Position numbers and translations under genes: made by a program. Shown piece after piece: positions 8,270-17,952 of a DNA stretch of 64,000 nucleotides. The DNA is from Chloroflexota bacterium. GTDB lineage: Bacteria > Chloroflexota > UBA11872. Below the pieces are notes generated by a model. The model was not told the DNA's origin. It saw nothing but the letters and a program-made list of their open reading frames with translations, and made no database searches. Where the stretch lies: positions 14,787-78,786 of the forward strand of contig JAKZUJ010000108.1 in the NCBI GenBank assembly GCA_047516685.1, written 5' to 3'. How positions within the stretch are numbered: position 1 is the stretch's first letter; each line of letters starts with the position of its first letter.

Positions 8270-9655
8270 GTGACCACTGCCAGGTTGCCCAGCCGGCGCG
8301 CGGCGCCGATGCTGCTTGCGGCCCTGGCGGTCGCGGCGATAGTTGCCGGCGTATTGGGCGGCGCGCGTCCACCGCCCGCGGCGCTCGCCGGCGGTTTGGC
8401 TGTTCTGGGCGCCGCGCTCGGTCTGATGAGGCCGGCACAGGGCCTGATGGCGGCCCTGGCCGTGGCCCTGCTGGCCCCATTCCTGGTCGTACCGCAGCGG
8501 TTCGGCGTGCAGCCGCCAGTTGTCGACGGCATCGTGGCCGCGACATTTCTGGGAGTCGCCCTGCGCGGAGTCACGGGACGGCGTGGAGAGTTTCCGGGAT
8601 CGGAGTCGACTCCACGCTGGCTCGTGGGTGTGACAGCCGTGGCGGCGGCGCTGCCACTGGCGGCCGGAGCGGCGGCCTTTGCGGCTTCGCACGACGGCCA
8701 GGCGGCTCAGGTTGCGGTCAAGATGTCGCTCTACGGCTTGACGCCGGTCATGGCTGCGCTCATGTGCCCACGGGCATGCTCGCTGCGAGCCGTGGCAGCC
8801 GTTGTCACCGCGGGCGCCGCGCTTCAGGCCCTGGTCGCAATTGTCATTCACCTGTCCGGTCCGGCCGGTATACAGGCGTTGGAGGGACTGGGCACGGCAG
8901 GCTATCCGTCGACCGGCGTCGCGCGATTCCTGCCAGATCAGGTCACTCCGCGCGCGACCGGCTTGCTGGTCGATCCGAACGTGCTGGGCGTCACCCTGGC
9001 GGCCGCTCTGCCGTTTGGGTTGGTGTGGATCGGCGGCAGCGGACGGCGCACGGCGTTGGGTCTGGCCGCCTTGACGCTGATTGGGGTGGCACTGATATTC
9101 ACGATCTCGCGCGCGAGTTGGATTGCGGCGGCCGCCGGTTTGCTCGTATGGCTGGCCCTCGTCCGCCCTCGCCTGGCCGCCGCCGCGGCCGCGGTTCTTG
9201 GCGTCGCAGTGATTGCCGCCCCCATTGAACCGTTCGAAAGGATTCGCCAGGGATTGTTGGCGTCCGACCGCTCGGCAGCCCTGCGGGTGAACGAGTTCCG
9301 CGAAGCGACGCGTGTAATCGGTCGGTTCCCGCTCCTGGGAGTTGGGTATGGGGACGCGCCGCATCCGGACGTCTTCGTCGGGGTGTCCAATGCCTGGCTC
9401 TGGCTGGGTGAACGGGCCGGCGTCGCCGCTGGACTGACACATCTGGTCATGCTGGGCGGCGCGGCGCGGGCCGCCATCACGTCAGCGACCGTCGATCCCG
9501 CGCTGCGGCCGCTGCTCGCGTCGCTGGCGGCGTTCACCACGGCAGGACTGTTCGACCATCACATCGTTAGTTTTCCGCACCTGGTCTACATGGTGGGGGG
9601 GCTGGTTGGGCTAATCGCCGCGCGAGCGATCTACGCGGCGAGGAGCGCCGAATGA
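8270..9655 (+). CDS. O-antigen ligase / Wzy_C-family polytopic membrane protein (candidate ligase, polymerase or O-oligosaccharyltransferase)
   Basis: ~11 predicted TM helices. Wzy_C core GVALIFTISRASWIAAAAGLLVWLAL. Downstream loop carries H ... N.WL...GE.G..G (HPDVFVGVSNAWLWLGERAGVAAGL), as in WaaL/PglL/WsaB-type enzymes. Confidence 0.7.
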   Translation: MTTARLPSRRAAPMLLAALAVAAIVAGVLGGARPPPAALAGGLAVLGAALGLMRPAQGLMAALAVALLAPFLVVPQRFGVQPPVVDGIVAATFLGVALRGVTGRRGEFPGSESTPRWLVGVTAVAAALPLAAGAAAFAASHDGQAAQVAVKMSLYGLTPVMAALMCPRACSLRAVAAVVTAGAALQALVAIVIHLSGPAGIQALEGLGTAGYPSTGVARFLPDQVTPRATGLLVDPNVLGVTLAAALPFGLVWIGGSGRRTALGLAALTLIGVALIFTISRASWIAAAAGLLVWLALVRPRLAAAAAAVLGVAVIAAPIEPFERIRQGLLASDRSAALRVNEFREATRVIGRFPLLGVGYGDAPHPDVFVGVSNAWLWLGERAGVAAGLTHLVMLGGAARAAITSATVDPALRPLLASLAAFTTAGLFDHHIVSFPHLVYMVGGLVGLIAARAIYAARSAE

Positions 9656-10719
9656 AGTCCGTAGTGCTCGACGGGCGCATGCTTCGGCACGACCAAGCGG
9701 GGATCGGGCGCTACATCTGGCGGCTACAGGAGGCCCTGGCGGCGCTTCCCGAGCCGGGCATCGACCTCGAGTTGCTCGTGGATCGACGCGGCGGGCTTCC
9801 GGGCACGCCAGCGCTGCGCGCGCGCCGGACGATTGTGCCCGCCCGCAATCGGCTGGAGCGTCTGCTGCTGCCGCGTGCCCTCGCCGGCGTTGACCTGGCG
9901 CACTTCCCCGACCACGGGATTCCGCCGGGCGTTACTCGGCCGTCAATTGTGACCGTGCACGACATTTCGTTCCTGACGCACCCCGCCACCCATTCAGCAT
10001 CCAGCCGGCGGCACTATGGAGACACGATTCGAACCGTGCGGCGTGCACGGGGGGTTATCGTCCCGTCCCAGCACATGCGCGCGGCGCTGGTGGATCGCGA
10101 CCTTGTGGAGGCGGACCGGGTGACGGTTGTTCCGTATGCGTCCGGGTTGGCGGCGGCGGCGAATGGTTGCCAGCGCAGCGAATGGCCTGCGCCGTTCGCC
10201 CTGATGGTTGGAACCATCCAGCCGCGTAAGAACATCGAGCTGGCGGCGCGCGCGTTTGGGTTGTCCCGTTTCGCTCGGGAGGGAACTCTGCTGATTGTGG
10301 GGTTGCTTGGTTTTCGTGGGCCGGAGATCATTCGCGCCATCCGGTCCGATACCGGCTCCCGCAAGGCCCGGTTTCTTGGTCGGGTAGCCGACAATACGTT
10401 GGCGCGCCTCTTTGAACAGGCGGAGTTCGTGCTCATGCCGGCGCAGGATGAGGGATTCGGTCTGCCCGCAATAGAAGCCATGATGTTTGGGACGCCGGTT
10501 ATCGCGGCTCGGGCGGGCACCCTGCCGGAAGTGGTTGGAGATGACGCGCTGCTGGTCGACGCGAATGATGTCGAGGGGCTAACGGCGGCTATCGACCGGC
10601 TGGCCGACGACGCTGGTCTGCGAGCCGACTTGGGAACTCGCGGTCGCGCGCGGGCCGGAGGCTTCAGCTGGGAGCAAACGGCTCGAGGCACGCTGGCGGT
10701 GTACGAGGCCTGCGCGTGA
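9652..10719 (+). CDS. glycosyltransferase family 1 (GT4-type, GT-B fold)
   Basis: C-terminal EGFGLPAIEAMMFGTPVIAARAGTLPEVVGD motif (EX7E-type). Start overlaps upstream stop by 4 nt. Confidence 0.75.
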   Translation: MKSVVLDGRMLRHDQAGIGRYIWRLQEALAALPEPGIDLELLVDRRGGLPGTPALRARRTIVPARNRLERLLLPRALAGVDLAHFPDHGIPPGVTRPSIVTVHDISFLTHPATHSASSRRHYGDTIRTVRRARGVIVPSQHMRAALVDRDLVEADRVTVVPYASGLAAAANGCQRSEWPAPFALMVGTIQPRKNIELAARAFGLSRFAREGTLLIVGLLGFRGPEIIRAIRSDTGSRKARFLGRVADNTLARLFEQAEFVLMPAQDEGFGLPAIEAMMFGTPVIAARAGTLPEVVGDDALLVDANDVEGLTAAIDRLADDAGLRADLGTRGRARAGGFSWEQTARGTLAVYEACA

Positions 10720-11930
10720 ACATTCTGGCAATCACGTCAACGCCGCTCTGGCCGCCGACCCACGGCGCGGCACTGCGAAACAGCCTGCTGCTCGAGGCCC
10801 TGGCCTCCGAGCACACCGTCGATCTGGTCACGCTCGACGGGCCCGGTGCGCCGTCCGTTGCCGCGCCATCGTCGATCCGTCGAGTCGTCCAGGTTCGCGC
10901 CGCGCCACCCACGGTCTGGCGGCGGCTGCGGGGTGGATGGCGCGGCGGTGTGCCGGACCTGCTCATCCGACACGGATCCCGCAGCCTGCGCGGCCGCGTG
11001 CAAATGCTCCTGAGCGGCGGTGACTATCACGCCGTCCATGTGGCGCAGGCCCAACTGGCGCCCCTGATTCGCGACGTGCGGACCGCTTCGTCACGTCACA
11101 CCAGACGGCCGCGGGTGATCTACGACGCCCACAACGTTGAGTGGATGCTGCAGGCGGCGCTGGCAGGCGCCAGCGCCGGCCCGCGCGCCCTGTGGGCGCG
11201 CCGACAGGCCAGACTGTTGCGGCAGGTGGAATCGTGGGTGGCTCGGACCGCCGACCAGGTAGTGGCCGCGTCGCCCGACGACCGTGACGGTCTGGTGGCT
11301 CTCGGCGCCCGCACGGCCGTGTACATCCCGCATCCGGTACGGGTTGGGGCGGAGCGTCCGGGCGGCGAGGGTCGGGCCAAACAGCCACGCGTGCTCTTTG
11401 CCGCGAACTTTGCCTACCGCCCGAACATCATGGCGGCGGAGTGGCTGTTCGGACAGGTGTGGCCGTCCGTCGCGCGCAACGTGCCAGCCGCGGAACTGCG
11501 AGTGGTCGGTCATCGGTCCGACGACCTGCGCTCGATCATGCCTGCGCGGTCGACGCTGGGCGGAGTCGTGGACGACATTGATGGCGAGTATCGGCGGGCC
11601 TGGCTGGCTCTCTCACCCACGGCGATAGCCGCGGGAGCGCCTTATAAGGTCTTGTCGGCCCTGGCGGCGGGTCGTCCCGTGGTCGCCCGTGCGCAGGGGT
11701 ACGTAGGCCTGCCGGCCCACACCGGAATTGGTGTCATGACGCCCTCGCGGAGCGACGAATTCGTGGGCGCCGTGACGACCCTGTTGACGGACCCAGCGGC
11801 CTACGAACGGGCGGCCGCCGGTGGATTCGACTACGTCAAGGCCAAGCACGACGCAGCCGCCGTTGGTCGGCAGCTCCTCGACGTTTATGCGCGCGTTCAG
11901 GCGCCGGAAGCCACGGGAGCGGCGGTGTGA
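10716..11930 (+). CDS. glycosyltransferase family 1 (GT4-type)
   Basis: N-terminal MNILAITSTPLWPPTHGAALRN (GT4 N-domain). C-terminal GT-B region with AAGAPYKVLSALAAGRPVV. Overlaps neighbours by 4 nt on both sides. Confidence 0.7.
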   Translation: MNILAITSTPLWPPTHGAALRNSLLLEALASEHTVDLVTLDGPGAPSVAAPSSIRRVVQVRAAPPTVWRRLRGGWRGGVPDLLIRHGSRSLRGRVQMLLSGGDYHAVHVAQAQLAPLIRDVRTASSRHTRRPRVIYDAHNVEWMLQAALAGASAGPRALWARRQARLLRQVESWVARTADQVVAASPDDRDGLVALGARTAVYIPHPVRVGAERPGGEGRAKQPRVLFAANFAYRPNIMAAEWLFGQVWPSVARNVPAAELRVVGHRSDDLRSIMPARSTLGGVVDDIDGEYRRAWLALSPTAIAAGAPYKVLSALAAGRPVVARAQGYVGLPAHTGIGVMTPSRSDEFVGAVTTLLTDPAAYERAAAGGFDYVKAKHDAAAVGRQLLDVYARVQAPEATGAAV

Positions 11931-12859
11931 CCGTTGCCATCTGCGCCACCGTCAAGAACGAAGCCGCCGCCGCCTCGGCATTGGTGGCAAGTCTCCGCGA
12001 GCAGGACCTGGCCGCGGACGAGATTGTGATCGTTGACGGCGGATCGACCGACGCCACCTTCGAGGCGTTGCGCGCGGCAGCGCAGGGGGATCCGCGGTTC
12101 AGCCTGCGGCGCGCACCGGGCGCCAATATCGCCAGCGGCCGCAACCTGGCGATTGGCGCAACGCAGTCACCCTTGATCGCAGTGACGGATGCCGGCCTGC
12201 GGCGCTCGGCGCAGTGGCTCCGGGCACTCGTTGCGGCTGTGCAGGATGAACCGCTCGCCGCGGGGTCCTATGGCTACATTCTGGCTGCGCCGGAAACGAC
12301 GTTCGAGGCGGCGCTGGGCGCCGTGGCGCTGCCGCTGGCGCCTCAGATCGACTCCGCACGCTATCCACCCAGCAGCGGGTCGGCGCTGTTTCGACGCGAG
12401 TGGTTGGACCGCGTCGGGGGCTATCCCGAGTGGCTCGCGCATGGCGAAGACCTGTGGCTGGACCGCGAAATCTGGCGCAACGGCGGCTGGTTCCGCCACG
12501 CCCCAGGCGCCGATGTGGGCATTCGCCCGCGACCCTCGGTCCTGGCCTTCTTCCGCCAGTACTTCCTATACGCTGCCGGCGATGGCCATGCCGGCATGCT
12601 CGTGCGGCGCCATGCGCTGCGCTACGGGGCCTACGCGCTGGGTCTTGCGCTGATGCTGCATCGGTCGCCAGCGGCGTGGGCATTGCTGCTTGCGCTGACA
12701 GGCGCTTACCTGGGCCGCTCCCTGCGCCGTACGCCGGCAATGATCCGACGCACGGCCACCGCCAACGCTCTCGGCGCCGCCGCGCTGACGCCGGCTCTGC
12801 GGATCATTGGCGACTTGGCGAAGATGAGCGGATTCGTCGCCGGGCTGGCCCGTCGGTGA
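11927..12859 (+). CDS. glycosyltransferase family 2 with C-terminal membrane segment
   Basis: VAICATVKNEAAA ... IVIVDGGSTDAT ... ASGRNLAI ... VTDAG (GT2 DxD). Hydrophobic C-terminal third. Confidence 0.7.
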   Translation: MTVAICATVKNEAAAASALVASLREQDLAADEIVIVDGGSTDATFEALRAAAQGDPRFSLRRAPGANIASGRNLAIGATQSPLIAVTDAGLRRSAQWLRALVAAVQDEPLAAGSYGYILAAPETTFEAALGAVALPLAPQIDSARYPPSSGSALFRREWLDRVGGYPEWLAHGEDLWLDREIWRNGGWFRHAPGADVGIRPRPSVLAFFRQYFLYAAGDGHAGMLVRRHALRYGAYALGLALMLHRSPAAWALLLALTGAYLGRSLRRTPAMIRRTATANALGAAALTPALRIIGDLAKMSGFVAGLARR

Positions 12860-13761
12860 CGGCGAAGATGCCCGACGCTCCTGACGTCGCTGTTGTCATC
12901 ACCACCTTCAACGTGCGCGCCCTGCTGGAGCGCTGCCTGGCCAGTCTGTCAGCGGCCCGCGGCTCGCAAACGCTGGAGATCGTTGTCGTGGACAACGGCA
13001 TGGGTGACGACACGTGGCCGATGTTGCTAGCCCGCGACGACGTGCGGGCGATTCGCGGCTCGCCGGAGCTTGGCTATGGAGGCGCCAACAACATCGGCGC
13101 CGCCGCGACCCGTGCGCCCCTGATTCTGTTCCTTAACCCGGACACGGAGCCGGAGCCGGAATCCATCGCCGTGCTGGCCGACCAGCTACGGCGGCGTGCT
13201 GACGTCGGCGCCGCCGGTCCTCGATTGGCGCTATCCGACGGGAGCCTGGACCCCGCCGCGCGTCGGAACTTCCCGCGTCCGGCCAACGCTCTGCATCGTC
13301 TTCTCGGTGCGCCGCGCGTTCTCCGTCCGGCCGCCGCCAGGCCCTACAACCCCGGCGAGCCGTCGTACGCGGCCGTAAGCGAGATTGACGCCGTATCGGG
13401 CGCGTGTTTGATGATTCGCCGCCCGGCCTTTGAGGGCGTGGGTGGATTTGACCCGACGTTCTTCATGTACGGCGACGATCTGGACCTGCAGCGGCGACTG
13501 GCCGACGCCGGCTGGAAGGTCCTGTATGTGCCCGCGGCACGCGTGTGGCACCGCAAGCGGCAATCGTCCCGCCAGCGCCCGCTCCGTACCCGGTTCGAGT
13601 TTTACCGGTCGATGTGGCGCTACTACGACAAGCACCATGTTGGCGACCCATGGCCATTGCGCGCCGTCGTGAAGAGCGGGGTGCTTGTACTCGGTTGTTG
13701 CAGCGTGCTACGCGCACTTGCGGCCTGGCGACGAGGGGGAACGGTAGGCACGACATGCTGA
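12856..13761 (+). CDS. glycosyltransferase family 2
   Basis: ORF-track 12400..13761 is an upstream extension. GTG 12856 (GTGA overlap) or ATG 12868 gives MPDAPDVAVVITTFN ... VVDNGMGDDT ... YGGANNIG ... GACLMIRR ... DDLDLQRR, a classical GT2_2 signature. Confidence 0.7.
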   Translation: MTAKMPDAPDVAVVITTFNVRALLERCLASLSAARGSQTLEIVVVDNGMGDDTWPMLLARDDVRAIRGSPELGYGGANNIGAAATRAPLILFLNPDTEPEPESIAVLADQLRRRADVGAAGPRLALSDGSLDPAARRNFPRPANALHRLLGAPRVLRPAAARPYNPGEPSYAAVSEIDAVSGACLMIRRPAFEGVGGFDPTFFMYGDDLDLQRRLADAGWKVLYVPAARVWHRKRQSSRQRPLRTRFEFYRSMWRYYDKHHVGDPWPLRAVVKSGVLVLGCCSVLRALAAWRRGGTVGTTC

Positions 13762-15167
13762 CCTGGGCGCAGCGCAACTGGGGCGGCCTGGTCTCCACGT
13801 TTTCACTCGTGGCCGACGTGGTAGCTGTCGGTCTGGCTCTGATTGCGGCCTACTACGTGCGCTATCGCTTTGGCTGGTTCGAGGGAACGCCGCCTAACCG
13901 TTTCCTGTTTCTGGCTCCCGTCACTGTCGCGTGTGCCGCCGCGACCGTGGTCGGCGGTCTGTCACTGGGCATGTATTCGCGCTTTCGGACGGCCGGACCG
14001 GTGGATCGGGTGGCGCGCAGCGCGGGCATGGTCACGATAGGTTCGCTACTCGCGGTCGCGGCCACGTTTTTCGTCTTCACCGACCGCCTGGAACCTGTGC
14101 GAAACGTCATGCCAATGGCATGGCTGCTCGGCATAGTTTTCGTAGCGTTGGGGCGGTCGCTGCTGGCCGCACTCCTTCGGATCCTGGCGCGGCGTGGCGT
14201 CGGCGTCCAACGAGTGCTCGTGATCGGCGCCGGGGCTGAAGGACGCGAGGTCGCCGGTCGCCTGCTCGGGGACCCAAGCCGCCGATATCAACTCATCGGC
14301 TTCCTGGACGACTTTGAGTCTCGCGTATCGGTCGGCGAACGCGAGGCGCCGGTACTGGGCACATCCGCCGCGCTACCGGACCTGCTCTCCGAGCACGAAA
14401 TCGACAAGGTCGTCGTGGCTATTCCGTCGCTCTCACACGACGACCTGCTCGCCATCCTGGCCGATGTTGAAGCGTCCTATGCCGATGTGTGGCTGTTGCC
14501 CGATCTCTTTCAGCTCATGGTGTCTCCGGTTGTTGAAGGCGGGGTCCGCGGGCTTCCGCTGATTGCGGTCAACGAAGTGCGCCTGCGGGGCCTCAGCCGC
14601 TTCACCAAGCGCACGCTGGACATGGTGATGGCCTCATTGGTGCTCGTTGTGGCCTCGGCGCCGATGCTACTTGTCGCCCTCATCATCAAGTTAGACTCCC
14701 GAGGACCCGCCTTTTACGTGCAGACACGCGTTGGACGCGACGGTCGACCGTTTCCAATCGTGAAGTTTCGAACGATGGTCAGCGGCGCCGATGAGTACGG
14801 GCAGACGTGGACCGTGGCCAACGATCCTCGCCGGACTCGCGTCGGACGTTTCCTGCGACGCTACTGGATTGATGAATTGCCCCAATTCCTGAACGTCATT
14901 CGCGGCGACATGAGCCTGGTTGGCCCACGCCCGGAGCAGCCGGACTATGTGGACCGTTTTCGAGGCGAATTCTCCCGCTACATGGTTCGCCACCGCGAGC
15001 GCGCGGGCTTGACCGGCTGGGCGCAGGTCAACGGCATGCGCGGCGACTCGTCGATTGAAGAGCGCACCCGTTACGACTTGTACTACGTGGAAAACTGGTC
15101 ACTGCTCTTCGATTTGCGGATTCTGTTGCGAACGCTGCTGACGGTGATGCGTGGCGATGCGAGCTAG
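13755..15167 (+). CDS. undecaprenyl-phosphate hexose-1-phosphate transferase (WbaP/WsaP-type priming sugar transferase)
   Basis: ORF-track 13545..15167. ATG 13755 (ATGCTGA overlap with upstream stop). Five N-terminal TM helices. C-terminal bacterial sugar transferase domain: RGPAFYVQTRVGRDGRPFPIVKFRTM ... DELPQFLNVIRGDMSLVGPRPE ... ENWSLLFDLRIL. Confidence 0.8.
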   Translation: MLTWAQRNWGGLVSTFSLVADVVAVGLALIAAYYVRYRFGWFEGTPPNRFLFLAPVTVACAAATVVGGLSLGMYSRFRTAGPVDRVARSAGMVTIGSLLAVAATFFVFTDRLEPVRNVMPMAWLLGIVFVALGRSLLAALLRILARRGVGVQRVLVIGAGAEGREVAGRLLGDPSRRYQLIGFLDDFESRVSVGEREAPVLGTSAALPDLLSEHEIDKVVVAIPSLSHDDLLAILADVEASYADVWLLPDLFQLMVSPVVEGGVRGLPLIAVNEVRLRGLSRFTKRTLDMVMASLVLVVASAPMLLVALIIKLDSRGPAFYVQTRVGRDGRPFPIVKFRTMVSGADEYGQTWTVANDPRRTRVGRFLRRYWIDELPQFLNVIRGDMSLVGPRPEQPDYVDRFRGEFSRYMVRHRERAGLTGWAQVNGMRGDSSIEERTRYDLYYVENWSLLFDLRILLRTLLTVMRGDAS

Positions 15168-17952
15168 CGGCCGAGCCTCCCCGGTTTCCCGTCGGTTTCT
15201 CCTGGGCGTCATTGCCGCCGCCACGGCGACCACGGCCTGCGAAATCGGCGGCTTCGGGGGAGATGCCTCGCCAACAGCCGATCCCAGCGCGACAAGCACT
15301 CCGCCACCCTATCCAGCTCCCGTTTCGCAACCGCTACCGCCCCCGGTTCGCCTGCCCGCGTTCATGTCGGACTTTGCCGGCACGGGAGATATTGGGGACA
15401 GCGGCGACGGCGGACCGGCGGTTGCGGCACAGTTTCGCAGTGTCGGCGGGGTCGCGGTTGCTTCCGACGGGGTGATCTATCTGTCCGATCCCAGCGCCAG
15501 TCGTATTCGCCGGATTCGGGCGGGCGGGGTGATCGAGGCACTGGCAGGCACCGGCACGCGCGGTTACGGCGGCGACGGCGGTTATGCCCTCGCCGCGGAC
15601 TTCACCGACCCGACGCGATTGCTGGTCGATCAGGCCGGCACGCTATTCGTCGCCGAGCTGGACCGCGTGCGACGGATCGATGCAGCGGGGCTGGTGTCCA
15701 CGATTCTGGGCGACGGTCATGCAGGCCTGGAAGGCGACGGCGGGCCGGCGGCCTTTGCCAGAACGGCTGGCAACGAAGGCATGGCTGTTGACGGTGAAGG
15801 AAACCTGTTCATCGCCGAACGCGCGGCCAATCGGGTGCGCCGTATCGATACGCACGGCAACGTGGTTACCGTGGTTGGCACCGGCGCCCCGGGGAGCGAC
15901 GGCGACGGCGGACCAGCGCTTTCGGCAACGCTCAACCAGCCGGTCGATGTGGACGTTGACGGTCTGGGCAATCTCCTCATTGCTGAACTGGCCGGCAATC
16001 GGATTCGTCGAGTGTCCACCAGCGGCGTGATCGACACTATTGCCGGTGTTGGCCTCCCAGGCGGGGCCGGTGACGGCGGACCGGCGACCGCGGCTGAACT
16101 CCACGGTCCCCAAAGCGTGGTGGTGGATGCGAGCGGCGCCATATTCGTCGCCGACTGGAACAACCGGCGCATTCGCTGCATTCACCCCGATGGAACGATC
16201 CAGACGGTGGCCGGGCTCGTGGGCGGTCGCGTGGAGTCCGGCGGGCCGGCGCTGGAGTCGCGGCTTACGCTACCGCTCGACATAACGCCAACTCTTGACG
16301 GCAGCTTGCTAGTCGTGGAGCAGGGCGCGCGACGGGTGCGGGCGCTCGTGCCGGCGCCGGGTTCCGAATCGCCACAGCCGGGGACGGACGCCGGGCCCGC
16401 CGGATCCGGGGACACCCAGCAAGCCAACGCTCAGACAGCCCCGTCAGCCTATGTGGCGCCCGCCCCCGCCCTGCCAAGCGGCGCACCGCTTGCCGGCGAC
16501 CTGGTGGCCGAGGTCTTTGCCGGCACGGGTGAATCCGGCAGCGCCGCCGATGGCGAGTTTCGACTGAGCGCCTTGTTTGCGTCGCCGCGCGGGATAGCCG
16601 TCGACAGTGTTGGTCGAATCCTGATCGCCGATACCGGCAACCACCGGATTAGCCGGATCGAACCGGACGGCTCGGTCCGGATCGTGGCTGGAACCGGGGA
16701 ACCGGGTAACGCCGGGGACGGCCAGGCCGCTCGGGCGGCCCAGCTCAACCGTCCATCCGCGCTGGCCGTGGATGCGCAGGGGTCAATCTACGTCGCCGAC
16801 TCGGGCAATTTCCGAATTCGCAAAATCGACCCGGATGGCGTCATCACGACGTTTGCCGGAAGCTCTCAGCCAGGCGTTGCCGGCGACGGCGGGCCCGCGC
16901 GCGACGCCCAGTTCACCGAACCAAGCGGCCTGGCCCTGGGTTCTGACGGCTCATTGTTTGTAGTGGATGCGCCGGTTCATCGTGTGCGCGTGATTCGACC
17001 TGATGGCGTTGTCCGTGCTTTTGCGGGCAACGGAGTTGATGGGCTGGGCGGCGACGGCGGGCCGGCGGCAGAGGCCACGCTCGGTTTCCCACAGCGAGTC
17101 GCGGTCAACGCGGACGGATCGGTGCTCGTCACCCAACTCCAGGCGGGCGTGGTTCGTCGCATCGGTCCCGACGGGATCATTGAAAGCCTGGCCGGGTCCG
17201 GCCGAGCCGAGGCCCCGACCGAGGGTCCAGCCCGCGAGGTGTCGCTTGACGCCCCGATCGGCGTCGCGGTGGACACGGTTGGCGCTGTCTATGTGGCAGC
17301 CAGTGGCAGCGGCCAGATCACCCGAGTCGACCCGGGCGGGCACGCCCAGGTGATTGCCGGCAACCCTCTGGGCCAGGGCCAACCCGGGGGGCCGGCTCGT
17401 GATATCCCACTGTTCACGTCGATTGACATTGCGTTGGGGCGGGACGGAACGGCCTACCTGCTGGAGGCCCGCGGGCTCATCTGGCGGATCAGTTCCACGA
17501 CTCCAGGCGTCGCGCCCGGAGCGACCCAGCCGCCAGACGGGCTCACGCCGACGCCAACGTTAACCCCAGCCCTGGACGTTGGAGCTAACGAATCGGCCGG
17601 GGCCGCCAGCGTGGTACTGACCCTGCAGCTTGGGCCGGGGCAGGAACCGATCCAGCCAACGCTCACGTTCCACCCCGGCGAACGTGTGAACGTGTCGATT
17701 GAATTCGTGGATGTGGCGCAGGGATCGCGCCTCGGAATCCGCTGGTTTGCGGGCGACACGCTGCAGGGAACGTTCCTGACCGATCCGCAACCGGCGTACA
17801 ACAGGGCGCGATTCGGCTTCTGGTTTGGTCTGCCGCCCACGGCCGCCCCCGGTCCCTGGCGGGTTGAGATTTTGGTCGGCTCCCGGGCAATTGCTTCCGT
17901 GGACTTCGTGGTGACTGCCGGCGAGGTCCGCGTGACGCCGCCTTCGGCATAG
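15151..17952 (+). CDS. NHL-repeat double beta-propeller lipoprotein (933 aa)
   Basis: Tat-like signal SRRFLLGVIAAATATTAC with lipobox. About 12 NHL repeats (GDGGPA ... P.G.A.D..G.lyvAD..N.RIRRI) in two groups, separated by a Pro/Gln-rich linker. C-terminal ~150 aa beta-rich domain. GTG 15151 / ATG 15157. Confidence 0.7.
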   Translation: MAMRASGRASPVSRRFLLGVIAAATATTACEIGGFGGDASPTADPSATSTPPPYPAPVSQPLPPPVRLPAFMSDFAGTGDIGDSGDGGPAVAAQFRSVGGVAVASDGVIYLSDPSASRIRRIRAGGVIEALAGTGTRGYGGDGGYALAADFTDPTRLLVDQAGTLFVAELDRVRRIDAAGLVSTILGDGHAGLEGDGGPAAFARTAGNEGMAVDGEGNLFIAERAANRVRRIDTHGNVVTVVGTGAPGSDGDGGPALSATLNQPVDVDVDGLGNLLIAELAGNRIRRVSTSGVIDTIAGVGLPGGAGDGGPATAAELHGPQSVVVDASGAIFVADWNNRRIRCIHPDGTIQTVAGLVGGRVESGGPALESRLTLPLDITPTLDGSLLVVEQGARRVRALVPAPGSESPQPGTDAGPAGSGDTQQANAQTAPSAYVAPAPALPSGAPLAGDLVAEVFAGTGESGSAADGEFRLSALFASPRGIAVDSVGRILIADTGNHRISRIEPDGSVRIVAGTGEPGNAGDGQAARAAQLNRPSALAVDAQGSIYVADSGNFRIRKIDPDGVITTFAGSSQPGVAGDGGPARDAQFTEPSGLALGSDGSLFVVDAPVHRVRVIRPDGVVRAFAGNGVDGLGGDGGPAAEATLGFPQRVAVNADGSVLVTQLQAGVVRRIGPDGIIESLAGSGRAEAPTEGPAREVSLDAPIGVAVDTVGAVYVAASGSGQITRVDPGGHAQVIAGNPLGQGQPGGPARDIPLFTSIDIALGRDGTAYLLEARGLIWRISSTTPGVAPGATQPPDGLTPTPTLTPALDVGANESAGAASVVLTLQLGPGQEPIQPTLTFHPGERVNVSIEFVDVAQGSRLGIRWFAGDTLQGTFLTDPQPAYNRARFGFWFGLPPTAAPGPWRVEILVGSRAIASVDFVVTAGEVRVTPPSA

